Shown here: positions 49,026 through 58,086 of the stretch, piece by piece | Numbering within the stretch: position 1 is the first letter of the stretch | Layout of the letters: every line of letters begins with the position of its first letter | Translations under genes and position numbers: made by a program | The notes under the pieces: generated by a model | The model's database searches: none | Told to the model about the DNA's origin: nothing | What the model saw: only the letters and a program-made list of their open reading frames with translations | Assembly: GCA_937976335.1 (NCBI GenBank) | Contig: CALJRW010000035.1 | Span: 308 to 64,307 of the forward strand | Origin: an uncultured bacterium | GTDB lineage: Bacteria; Bdellovibrionota_C; UBA2361; CALJRW01 | Direction: 5' to 3' | Length of the DNA: 64,000 bases

Positions 49026-50615
49026 ATGAGAACTTTTATTCCTTTATTTATTGCCTTAATACCTTTGGTAATTTTTCTTATTCAAAGCTCAAAAGAATCG
49101 GGCAATGCTAATTCATTGAAAAAATTTTTTCAGTATGGAGAGGGTTTAAGTAGTAAATCATTTTTTACTGCTATAGCTGCAAGCAATTCTTCACTGACAG
49201 CTTCAATATACTTGATAGCAGTTTACGGATATTTTTATGGCTTTGGTATCTTTATTTGGGTTATGTCTTTTTGGATTTTAACGCAATATGCATCAAGTTT
49301 TACAATTAAGAGAGTTGAAGAAATTACTAAAACCAAGGGTGGATTTTTAAGTAAAAGTGGAACGCTACATGAGTTTTTACAGCTAATTTTTTATTCCAAA
49401 AGAATACGAATATTGACAGGTATCTTTAGTTTTTTAGTATATATTGGTTTGTTAAGTTGTGAGTTAATGTTGGGACTAGAGGTTATCCAAGGTGTTTGGC
49501 CAAAAGAATATACTGTTGGTATTCCTTCTTCTAATTTACATCCTTGGTTTTGCTTAATTTTAATGATTATATCTGTAGTCATCTACGCATCTGTATCTGG
49601 TTTTAGAGGAGTTATCAGAACAGATAAATTTCAATTATTTTTAATGTGTCTGATGTTGCTTGCAACGTGGATAATTGTCTTTCCTAAATTTCCTGAAATG
49701 TTTGCTAGTTACAGTAAGTACTATTCTCTTAACCCTTTAGAAGTTTTATTTAATCCTTCGGGAGAAGGTTACTTTAATTTTATTTTCTTGTTTTTAATTA
49801 CTAACCTTATTTTTTGGGGTTTTTGGTGGCCATCTGCAATGGATCAATGGCATCGTTGTGCTGCAACGCAAGCTGAAAAATCAGCATTAGATTCTAAGTT
49901 TGGAACAACTGGATTCGTAACTACCTTATATTTGGCTGTGATGTCTCTTACTGCAATTTTAATTGGCGTGTTTGTAAAAATATTTATTACATCTTCTTCT
50001 GGCGAATCTGGAATAATTTATAATTTTCTTTTTTGGTTTGAACATGATTCATCTATAATGACAGGAGTATTGGTAGGTTTAATATCTGCAGGGCTAATTG
50101 CTGCTATTGTTTCAACTGTAGATACGTATTTAATAGTTGCATGTCAATCAATAGTTCTAGATGTATTTATGGCATCAAAGATTTCTCTTTCGCTTTTTGA
50201 AGCTGATAAAAATAAAAATTATAGTTTATATTATCTAAGTAAATCTAGAAAATTTATCTACTTATCTTTTTTTCTTGTTCTAACTTTTATGGGCTTGGTT
50301 TCTCTTGCTTTGGACATTTACACAATGATTTATGGTTTTTTTAGTTTGATGCTTGCGCTAATTCCAGCATTAACAATTGCTTTGATATCAGGAAGAAATA
50401 AAACTTTTGAGTTGCCAGCATTTTATAGCATTCTTTGTTCAGGATGCTGGGCAATTTTTTCAGGAGCCTACATTGTCTATGCTGTGAATATTCAGTCTAA
50501 CTCAAGCGATACTACAGAGATTTATACTTTCTTGTATTTGAATTCTATCTTTACATTGTCAGTAGGATATTTAGTCTTTTATGTAGTTAAAGTTTGTAGT
50601 TATTTCAAAAAGTAA
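49026..50615 (+). CDS. Polytopic membrane transporter (12-13 TM segments; possibly sodium:solute symporter-like)
   Basis: 529 aa, hydrophobic throughout; family not confidently assigned. Confidence 0.35.
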   Translation: MRTFIPLFIALIPLVIFLIQSSKESGNANSLKKFFQYGEGLSSKSFFTAIAASNSSLTASIYLIAVYGYFYGFGIFIWVMSFWILTQYASSFTIKRVEEITKTKGGFLSKSGTLHEFLQLIFYSKRIRILTGIFSFLVYIGLLSCELMLGLEVIQGVWPKEYTVGIPSSNLHPWFCLILMIISVVIYASVSGFRGVIRTDKFQLFLMCLMLLATWIIVFPKFPEMFASYSKYYSLNPLEVLFNPSGEGYFNFIFLFLITNLIFWGFWWPSAMDQWHRCAATQAEKSALDSKFGTTGFVTTLYLAVMSLTAILIGVFVKIFITSSSGESGIIYNFLFWFEHDSSIMTGVLVGLISAGLIAAIVSTVDTYLIVACQSIVLDVFMASKISLSLFEADKNKNYSLYYLSKSRKFIYLSFFLVLTFMGLVSLALDIYTMIYGFFSLMLALIPALTIALISGRNKTFELPAFYSILCSGCWAIFSGAYIVYAVNIQSNSSDTTEIYTFLYLNSIFTLSVGYLVFYVVKVCSYFKK

Positions 50616-50626
50616 TTTTAAAAGAA

Positions 50627-50753
50627 TCCTTTCTTTAAAAGCTTTCCCCCGTCGCGCTGAAGCTATGGGGGACTTGCCCCCCCCCGTCGCTGAAGCTATG
50701 GGAAATATGCCTGTTTTCTTATAACTTGTTGATTTTGGGATAACTATAATTGC
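50627..50753. repeat. Family B small intergenic repeat (copy 1, with internal 31-bp duplication)
   Basis: tcccccgtcgcgctgaagctatggggga occurs twice in tandem, followed by a tail ...cttataacttgttgattttgggataactata shared with 59367-59454. Confidence 0.5.
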
Positions 50754-50889
50754 TTTTTGGATTTTCTGTATTTCAGTCAAAATTAAAATAAATTGGATCA
50801 TTTTTAGTTTATCTATGGAGTTATTTATAATAATTATGTATATTTTTATGCTATTATTGAATAATTTTATCTTAAAATAGGAGAAAATA

Positions 50890-51981
50890 ATGTTAAATTT
50901 AGCTGAATACGTATGGTTAGATGGCTCTAAGCCAGTTCAAGGACTTCGTTCAAAGACTAGAGTTCTTAATTTTAATGAACAAAAACAGCTAGCTATAACA
51001 GATTTTCCTGAATGGAGTTTTGATGGTTCGTCTACTGAACAGGCTGTTGGAAATGACTCAGATTGTATTTTAAACCCTGTTCGTTTTGTAAAAGACCCAA
51101 TTAGAGGGGCTGGTAATTACATAGTTCTTTGTGAAGTTTTAAATTCAGATAAAACCCCTCACATCTCTAACTCAAGAGCGAAGTTAAGAGCAGTGCTTGA
51201 AGCAGGTGGAGCTGCTCAAGAAGCTTGGTTCGGCTTTGAGCAAGAATATACCTTAATAAAAAATGATAAGCCTCTAGGTTGGCCTGAAGCTGGATACCCT
51301 GAACCTCAAGGCCCTTATTACTGCGCTGTTGGTGCTGGAAATGTGGATGGGAGAACTATCGTAGAAGAGCATATGAAGGCATGTCTCGACGCAGGACTGA
51401 TGTTATATGGTATAAATGCTGAAGTAATGCTTGGGCAATGGGAATTTCAAATTGGATACAGAGGAGTAAAAGAAGAAAGTGCAGATGCTCTTACAACTTC
51501 TGATCATACTTGGATTGGAAGATGGTTGCTAGATAGAATCTCTGAAGATTATGGAATTTCAGTTTCTTATCATCCAAAGCCAGTTACGGGGGATTGGAAT
51601 GGTTCAGGGTGTCATACTAATTTTTCAACTATTGGCATGAGAGATCCTAAAACAGGAATGGAAACTATAAACTCTGCTATTGGGAAACTTGAAAAAAACC
51701 ATCAAAAGCATATTGATAATTATGGATCAAATAATGATATGCGTTTAGTTGGAGCATATGAAACTTGCCATATAAGCGAGTTTAGAGCAGGCAATTCCGA
51801 TAGAGGGGCTTCAATTAGAATTCCAGTTTCAGTTTATAAGGAAGGCTATGGATATATGGAAGATAGAAGGCCAGCTAGTAATTGCGACCCGTACATTGTT
51901 TCAAGGCTTTTGATTGAGACAGTTTGTGATATTCATTTGCCAAGTGAAACATTGGATTTTAAGACAGCTGTTAATGGATAA
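50890..51981 (+). CDS. glnII: Glutamine synthetase type II (eukaryote-like GSII)
   Basis: 363 aa; block GPYYCAVGAGNVDGRTIVEEHMKACLDAGLMLYGINAEVMLGQWEFQIG is diagnostic of GSII rather than GSI or GSIII. Confidence 0.8.
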   Translation: MLNLAEYVWLDGSKPVQGLRSKTRVLNFNEQKQLAITDFPEWSFDGSSTEQAVGNDSDCILNPVRFVKDPIRGAGNYIVLCEVLNSDKTPHISNSRAKLRAVLEAGGAAQEAWFGFEQEYTLIKNDKPLGWPEAGYPEPQGPYYCAVGAGNVDGRTIVEEHMKACLDAGLMLYGINAEVMLGQWEFQIGYRGVKEESADALTTSDHTWIGRWLLDRISEDYGISVSYHPKPVTGDWNGSGCHTNFSTIGMRDPKTGMETINSAIGKLEKNHQKHIDNYGSNNDMRLVGAYETCHISEFRAGNSDRGASIRIPVSVYKEGYGYMEDRRPASNCDPYIVSRLLIETVCDIHLPSETLDFKTAVNG

Positions 51982-52177
51982 AAATCTTCAATAGTTTAAG
52001 CGTGTTATGATAATAAATCTTTATTAGCTTGATTGTGTTTAAGGTGTAATCATGTAAAACTTCCATGAGGGTCTGTTAATTATTGTGATAATTAATTTTT
52101 AGTTTCGCAATAACCTGATTTTTTTTTGAAATCTCAGGTCACATTAAGAGTCTCACTGAAAGTTTTGGAGTTTTGAT

Positions 52178-53026
52178 TTGTATTCAATTTTAAGCTTTGC
52201 ATCTTGTGAGCCTAAAGATTTGCCAGGTGACGTTCAAGATTTATCCTATTCGCCAACTGACTTAGGTTTATATGCTGCTGAATTAGCGCTTAGCTCTGCT
52301 GGCATTGATAAGTCTGATCTTGGTTTAATTATAGGTGACTGCTCAACTCCTAAAGAATTAACCCCTTCAGAAGCACAAAGGCTAGGGTCGGGGTTAGAAC
52401 TTCAAATCCCTTGTTTTGATTTAACAGCTGGAACTCCCGCCTTAGCTTGTTTTTTTGAATATTTAAGATCAACTCAGGTTGATAAAATAGCAGAGAATAT
52501 TCTGTGGATCTCTTCAAACTGCCCTCTACAGTGGCTTCATTCTAATAGGCTTCATTCTGATAAAACTGAAATAGCAAAATATTTTTCTAATGGAGCGGCT
52601 TCAGCTATTCTAAGTCGTGTAAAGGAAGGTAGATTTCAAATAAAAAGCTCTAAGTATCTTTCATTTTTTGATCTAGAAATGCAATTTTCATTGTCAGCAA
52701 CAACTAATTTGTTTTTTGATGAGGATGCTGATTTTGGAGTTATAGATGAATGCGTAAAAAGGTTAATTCTTGAAGCTAAAAAGACAGTTAACTTTGAAGA
52801 GCTTACTAAAATTGTAGTTAATCCCTTAGCATTAAAAGCTACAAAAAATTTCATTAGTGATTTTAAGGGAGATTTTTTAGAATCTTTAAAAGGTGATTCT
52901 CTTGGCTCATCAGTTCCTCAGTTGATATATGATAATAAAGAAACTCTAATTTCTGGAGATAAGATTCTCTCATTTATGGTTGGACCTGGCCCTGTTGGAG
53001 GGTATTTTTTGTTGGAGTACTTATAG
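52178..53026 (+). CDS. FabH/KAS-III-like protein lacking the catalytic Cys-His-Asn triad (non-catalytic partner subunit)
   Basis: Aligns to the FabH core (FGDGAGAA vs FSNGAASA), but the nucleophile position reads DLTAGTPAL (Cys to Thr) and the HQAN block is absent. 282 aa with a TTG start. Stop overlaps the next gene's GTG start by 1 nt. Confidence 0.5.
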   Translation: MYSILSFASCEPKDLPGDVQDLSYSPTDLGLYAAELALSSAGIDKSDLGLIIGDCSTPKELTPSEAQRLGSGLELQIPCFDLTAGTPALACFFEYLRSTQVDKIAENILWISSNCPLQWLHSNRLHSDKTEIAKYFSNGAASAILSRVKEGRFQIKSSKYLSFFDLEMQFSLSATTNLFFDEDADFGVIDECVKRLILEAKKTVNFEELTKIVVNPLALKATKNFISDFKGDFLESLKGDSLGSSVPQLIYDNKETLISGDKILSFMVGPGPVGGYFLLEYL

Positions 53027-54018
53027 TGAGCAATACTTTAGCAATATGCGGCATGGGGTCTTATCACCCTGAAGGAGTAATAGATAATAAATTTCTAGAA
53101 GATTTAGGTATTGAGTCTTCAGCTGAGTGGATAGTATCTAAAATTGGAATACTTGAAAGAAGAACAGTTTTACCTCTTGATTATATCAAGGAAACTAAAA
53201 ATGAAGATCCTAATAAAGCTATTGATTTAATTGAAACAGATTCTACCAAAATGGCAATTTTTGCTATTGAAGAAGCTTTAAAAAATGCAGGCATATCAAA
53301 AGACAAAATAGGTCTTATGATTTGTAATAGTTGCACTCCACAAAAAACACTTCCAACAGAAGGTCAACGTTTAGCAAAAGCTTTAAAGTTTAATTGTCCA
53401 GCTTATGATGTTTTTACGGCTTGTCCAGCTTTTGCTCTACATGTTGATTACTTAAGTAAAATTGAGTCGAATAATTTGCCGGAGTATGTTCTGTGCGTTT
53501 CAACGGCAATGCTTACTCAAAAAGTTGATTATAAAGATCGCTCTGCAAGTGCAATTTGGGGAGATGGGGCTGCAGCTTGGGTAATTTCAACTAAGGGTGA
53601 AGGGCGTTTGAAAGTTTTAGAAACCACTTATGATGGAGATCCAAAGAGATGTCACGCTGTTGTTATTGATACTATTGGACATTTTCATCAAGATGGTCGT
53701 GCAGTTAGGGACTTTTCTGTAAGACAAACAGTGAGAATGATAAAAAGACTTGAAAAAAACGATGAGATTGATTGGAATAGAGATATATTTGTCGGTCATC
53801 AAGCAAATGCAACTATGTTAGAGCAAATCAGAAAGAATAGAAAAATTCCTCATGAAAACCATTGGAGCAATGTAAAATTTATGGGAAATCAAGCTGCGGC
53901 GGGAGCTCCAGCTGTTATTTCTGAACATTGGGAAAAAATAGAAAAAAATCAAAAGATTTTAGTTGCGGTTGTTGGTGCTGGTTTAAGTTGGGGGTCTGTT
54001 CTTTTTGAAGTTCAGTAA
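53026..54018 (+). CDS. 3-oxoacyl-ACP synthase III (FabH)-family condensing enzyme
   Basis: N-terminal ICGMGSYHPEGVIDNKFL, active-site Cys (FTACPAF), His (GHQANATM) and Asn (GNQAAAG) blocks present; 330 aa. Confidence 0.65.
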   Translation: MSNTLAICGMGSYHPEGVIDNKFLEDLGIESSAEWIVSKIGILERRTVLPLDYIKETKNEDPNKAIDLIETDSTKMAIFAIEEALKNAGISKDKIGLMICNSCTPQKTLPTEGQRLAKALKFNCPAYDVFTACPAFALHVDYLSKIESNNLPEYVLCVSTAMLTQKVDYKDRSASAIWGDGAAAWVISTKGEGRLKVLETTYDGDPKRCHAVVIDTIGHFHQDGRAVRDFSVRQTVRMIKRLEKNDEIDWNRDIFVGHQANATMLEQIRKNRKIPHENHWSNVKFMGNQAAAGAPAVISEHWEKIEKNQKILVAVVGAGLSWGSVLFEVQ

Positions 54019-54073
54019 ACCTATAAACTAGTGGTTATGAGTAGTCAGAGTTAGAATTTAAAGGATTAAAATT

Positions 54074-55201
54074 ATGAAAGCTTTAAGAATTATTTTTGTT
54101 TTACTAATTGCTATTAATTTATTTGCCGAAGATTCAGAAAGGGGAAGGCTCTCAGATGGAAGAGCTTTTAGAACCGACGCTGAAGGAGTTCAATTGGTTG
54201 ATTATATTGCAGAGCTTGAATTAAGCATAGAAGAGTTAAATAGAAAACTAATAGGAGTCGAAAACGAGCTTGACGAAAAAAATGCAATTATTAAAAGAAA
54301 AGGTATTTCGACTGAGTCTAGTATTAAAGAGAAAGATTTACTTTCGGGTAGAGAAAAAAAATCAAGTGCTCAAGAAAAAGCTGAGTGTGTAAAAGTATCC
54401 TGTCCTATACCTCAACCTTGTATTCAAAAAGAATGTGAAAGTTCTAACCTTTCTGCTAGCCTTGAGGCTGAGCTTAGAACTGCATCTGCAACTGTCAAAA
54501 ACCAGCGAGATAGAATTGAAGCTTTAAATAGCCAAATACAGCTGACGAAAAACATAAATAATTCTAGCAATACAGATTTAGAAAGAAAGTTTAATGAAGT
54601 TAACAAACTTGTAGCAGAGAAAGATGCTCAAATTTTTAGCTTAAAAGATGAATTGAGATTGGTTAATAGAAAAGTAACTAATGCAGAGTCTCAAAATTCA
54701 ATAGTTGCAGCCTTAAATGAAAGAATTAGTGATTTAGAGCAAGTAATTTCTAACAAAGAGGCTGAAATTGCTGAGGTTAGAAAAGCATCTTATGTTGCTC
54801 ACTCTGTAACTAGTCCTGTAAGGGTTAGTAAGAAAGCTTCAAAAGCTAAGACATATTCTGCAACTAGAGCATCTTTTTCTCCAAGTAGAGCACGAGCACT
54901 TGATGCTGTTAAGTCAAGATTGCGGGGTGATTACAACAGACTTAAGAGTTTAGTTTCAATGCGAGATAGTAAGTTAAAAAGATACCAGGAGCTAAAAAAT
55001 ACTACTGTAAAACTAAAAGGTTCAGTATTGAAATCTGAAAATGGTACTAATCCTAGAGCTCTTAGAACGATGATAGATAGAACTGACTCTATGCAAGAAT
55101 TATCAAAACTTGGGAAAGAGTTAGCTCAAATAAAGCGCATTGCTCAAAAAGATATTTCTTTAGTTGATAGAATGATGCGGTTGAATAAAAGTCGAGGGTG
55201 A
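54074..55201 (+). CDS. Secreted coiled-coil protein, unknown function
   Basis: Signal peptide, then long heptad-like segments (ELELSIEELNRKLIGVENELDEK...). Confidence 0.35.
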   Translation: MKALRIIFVLLIAINLFAEDSERGRLSDGRAFRTDAEGVQLVDYIAELELSIEELNRKLIGVENELDEKNAIIKRKGISTESSIKEKDLLSGREKKSSAQEKAECVKVSCPIPQPCIQKECESSNLSASLEAELRTASATVKNQRDRIEALNSQIQLTKNINNSSNTDLERKFNEVNKLVAEKDAQIFSLKDELRLVNRKVTNAESQNSIVAALNERISDLEQVISNKEAEIAEVRKASYVAHSVTSPVRVSKKASKAKTYSATRASFSPSRARALDAVKSRLRGDYNRLKSLVSMRDSKLKRYQELKNTTVKLKGSVLKSENGTNPRALRTMIDRTDSMQELSKLGKELAQIKRIAQKDISLVDRMMRLNKSRG

Positions 55202-55278
55202 GAGTGCTTTTGATTGTTTGAGAAAGGAAGAAAAAGCTGGAATTTATCTAAAAAAGTTTGAAATAAAGTAAAACTAAT

Positions 55279-56592
55279 TCAACTTGAATCCCCACTAGCA
55301 AGCATTCCCACTAACAAATAAACAATAAATAAAATCTCACTGTCGCCAAAATTATATTCTCCAATTCCTGCAATTTGCCAAGAAAGTAATGCAGAACCAA
55401 TACCTAGTTCAAGGTAATTCTTTTTACTGAAAATACTTCTAAAGCTAAATTTAAAAATTCTATAAAGCCACCAGATAAAAATACCAAAAGCAATCCATCC
55501 CGTTTCGACTATTATATTTATAAAATTACTATGAAAATGTCTTAACTCAGGAGGTATTTTTTTATCAAATTTTCTCATAAATGAAGAATTGCTATAGCCA
55601 ATTCCAAGCGGATATCTTCCAGAAAGTTCAGTTCCAATTTTCCAAATTGTGCTTCGTCCGCCAGCAATATAGAAATGTTCAGTAGATTTAGAAATTCTGT
55701 TAGCAACTGGTTGAAAAGAAGTAATAGTTATCAGTACTAGTAAGATAGGAATTAGGGCATATCTTGGTTTAGTTAATATTAGAAGTAGGACTGAACTTAT
55801 AGCAACTCCTGCCCAAGGTCCTCTTTTTAAGTTTAATAGTAGAGAGGTAGCTAAAACTGGAATAATTATTATGCAAAAAAATAATAAATTTTTATTTATA
55901 AAAATCTCTTTATTCTTATTTTTAAAAAATAGATATACTTGGTAAAATAAGATTGAGGTAAAAATACTAAAAAATACAACTTTTAGAAAATCATTGTGTA
56001 CTAAGAAAGTTACTAAGGCTAAACAAATAAAAGAAAGTGTAGAACTAAGCATTTGTTTCGAATAAGATTGATTTCCTCTTAAAAAGAGAACAAGAGTGAC
56101 AGATATCAACATGCTAATGCTTAGTTGGCCAGCTTCTGTTAATTGTCCAATAAATAGTTTGGGGATTTCTAATTGGCTCGCTCTTTCAAATAAGGTATGA
56201 CAACTTGCAATGCCTTGACCTAAGAGAAGTGAGTAAAGGGAAATGAGTTTGTTTGATTTTTTTATTAAATCAAAAAACATTGGAATTGAAAAAGCAAAAA
56301 AAACAGCTTCAAGGATTTCTTTTGTGCTGTTAAGTGAATTAATACCCCAAAGAGAACAAATTAGAGAGATAAGAAAAAAAGCTAATAAAGGTGAGAATAA
56401 AAAACGTAATTTTTTGTTATTTAGAACGCTCTGCACTTCCTTAAAATCTGAAAGCCAAATTAGCATAGAAGGAATAAGAGTGATGTAGAGTAGAGATAAT
56501 TTAATAGGAATAAGGAAAGCTAAAATAACTAGAGTTATTTCGGCATTTCTATCAAATACTAATTGCCTTAGTTTTTTAAGCTGATTAAGCAT
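55279..56592 (-). CDS. O-antigen ligase (WaaL/Wzy_C) family membrane protein
   Basis: About 10 TM segments plus periplasmic loop motif R..HFHSNFINIIVETG (H-N-x-x-I-x-x-x-E-x-G, typical of O-antigen ligases). Confidence 0.5.
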   Translation of the reverse strand: MLNQLKKLRQLVFDRNAEITLVILAFLIPIKLSLLYITLIPSMLIWLSDFKEVQSVLNNKKLRFLFSPLLAFFLISLICSLWGINSLNSTKEILEAVFFAFSIPMFFDLIKKSNKLISLYSLLLGQGIASCHTLFERASQLEIPKLFIGQLTEAGQLSISMLISVTLVLFLRGNQSYSKQMLSSTLSFICLALVTFLVHNDFLKVVFFSIFTSILFYQVYLFFKNKNKEIFINKNLLFFCIIIIPVLATSLLLNLKRGPWAGVAISSVLLLILTKPRYALIPILLVLITITSFQPVANRISKSTEHFYIAGGRSTIWKIGTELSGRYPLGIGYSNSSFMRKFDKKIPPELRHFHSNFINIIVETGWIAFGIFIWWLYRIFKFSFRSIFSKKNYLELGIGSALLSWQIAGIGEYNFGDSEILFIVYLLVGMLASGDSS

Positions 56593-56693
56593 TGTAAAAC
56601 TATAAGTGTTTTTTTAAGAAATATCTATAATACACTTTTTAAGCTTGTTAGTTATATGCAATAATAACATAAGTTAATTTATTAGGATTACTT

Positions 56694-57104
56694 ATGAAAA
56701 AATATATGATTTTTCTTTTATTTTTAGTTTTAATGTGTACTACCGCCTTTGCTAAAGAAAATCCAGAAGATATTTGGGAAGGTATGACGTATGCAGATGT
56801 TTTAGAAGCCTGGGGAGCTCCAACAGAAAAGATAGTGAAGGAAGCTAAGAGAGAAGATTTATGGATATACAAAGAATCTGAAGTGCGGTTTGTAGAAGGA
56901 AAATTAGTAAGTACGAATAAGAGAAAATTTTTAGCTATGAAAGAAAAGTCTATTCAAGATTCTGAGATGGAGTATGCAGAAGAAAATGAAAACGAAGTTG
57001 AAAGCGCTCAAGTAGAAGATATCTTAACTGAAATTATGACTGGATCTACTTCAAAGGTTGATGATAAGAAAGGGCGAGTCGGGGCGCGTAGGAGACGGAA
57101 GTAG
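56694..57104 (+). CDS. Small secreted BamE/SmpA-OmlA-like protein
   Basis: Signal peptide, then EGMTYADVLEAWGAPT...LWIYKE..VRFVEGKLVS (BamE-fold signature); basic C-terminal tail. Confidence 0.4.
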   Translation: MKKYMIFLLFLVLMCTTAFAKENPEDIWEGMTYADVLEAWGAPTEKIVKEAKREDLWIYKESEVRFVEGKLVSTNKRKFLAMKEKSIQDSEMEYAEENENEVESAQVEDILTEIMTGSTSKVDDKKGRVGARRRRK

Positions 57105-57134
57105 CTTTCTTATCCCGAATTCAGGTTTAAAAAA

Positions 57135-57393
57135 GTAATTTCTGAAAATGAGCTTTGGATTTTCTATACCCTTGCTCGTCCTCCGAAGCTTTAGCGACGG
57201 GGGACAAGTTGATTTACTTGTTTTCTCGCGACAAGTATTTTTTTAATGGGCCCTAATGATATACCCGTCGTCATTTAGTTTTTCCACTTTTTGTCTAAGA
57301 CCTGATCGGTCTTAGCCTAGTTTTGACGGGTATATCTTATCGTCCCTCCGGGAGACTTTCGGAAATTTTCAATTTCCTTCAGTATATATAGAA
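57135..57393. repeat. Family A MITE-like element, copy 2, carrying a nested family-B-related insertion of about 105 bp
   Basis: Left TIR gtaatttctgaaaatgag (57135-57152). The 57258-57393 core is about 98% identical to 47987-48115. The 57153-57257 segment is absent from copy 1 and contains cgtcctccgaagctttagcgacggggga, the reverse orientation of the family B core. Confidence 0.55.
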
Positions 57394-57504
57394 ACAGCAT
57401 CTAAGATTTTCTTGGTTTAAACCTGAATTTTGAATAATTTAGTAAAGGTTGTTATTTATACTAACGATGATTAGAATACAGACTTACGATTAAAGGATAA
57501 AACT

Positions 57505-57831
57505 ATGTCAAAAAATATATCTGAAATAGCTGATAGCGATTTCGAAACCAAAGTTCTAAAGGCAGACGGGCTAGTATTAGTTGATTTTTGGGCACCATGG
57601 TGTGGACCGTGTAAAGCAATAGCTCCTGTTTTAGAAGAAATAGCTACACAGTTTGCTGACAAGCTAACTATTGTTAAGGTCAATGTTGATGACAACCCAA
57701 AAAATGCAGCAGAATTTCAAGTGCGAGGAATTCCTAATTTAATATTTTTCAAAAACGGCGAGAAAGTTGATCAACTTGTTGGGGCTGTTCCTAAGGATGA
57801 CCTTGTTAAGGCTGTTGAAAGCTTGGTTTAG
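57505..57831 (+). CDS. trxA: Thioredoxin
   Basis: WAPWCGPCK active site, 108 aa. Confidence 0.9.
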   Translation: MSKNISEIADSDFETKVLKADGLVLVDFWAPWCGPCKAIAPVLEEIATQFADKLTIVKVNVDDNPKNAAEFQVRGIPNLIFFKNGEKVDQLVGAVPKDDLVKAVESLV

Positions 57832-57952
57832 GATTTAATCTCGGGATTATCATAAAGATAGTCACTACTGTAGATTTTACGTAAACAACAATACTTTTGG
57901 CTATTGCTTCGGTATAATGACCAACTATAACCAAAACCAACTATAACCTAAG

Positions 57953-57980
57953 AGGTCTACCTTAATGAGACCTTTTTTTC
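57953..57980 (+). terminator. Candidate rho-independent terminator after trxA
   Basis: aggtct-N9-agacct stem followed by T7; short stem, so modest confidence. Confidence 0.35.
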
Positions 57981-58086
57981 TGTTAAGCCCAATAGCTCAT
58001 TTTAAATACAAAAGCTCTTTTCTGGCCTGTTGAAAAATACTGTTCTGCTACGAAAAAATAAAGATACTAACTTTAATTCTATAAAC

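Noticed and set aside
50571-50801. 76-aa minus-strand ORF over the family B repeat
   Set aside because: Covers GC-rich tandem repeat units (translation GGGKSPIASARRGKAF...); a repeat artefact.
56648-56872. 74-aa minus-strand ORF overlapping the BamE-like gene start
   Set aside because: Overlaps the signal-peptide region of a better-supported plus-strand gene; no RBS-like context.
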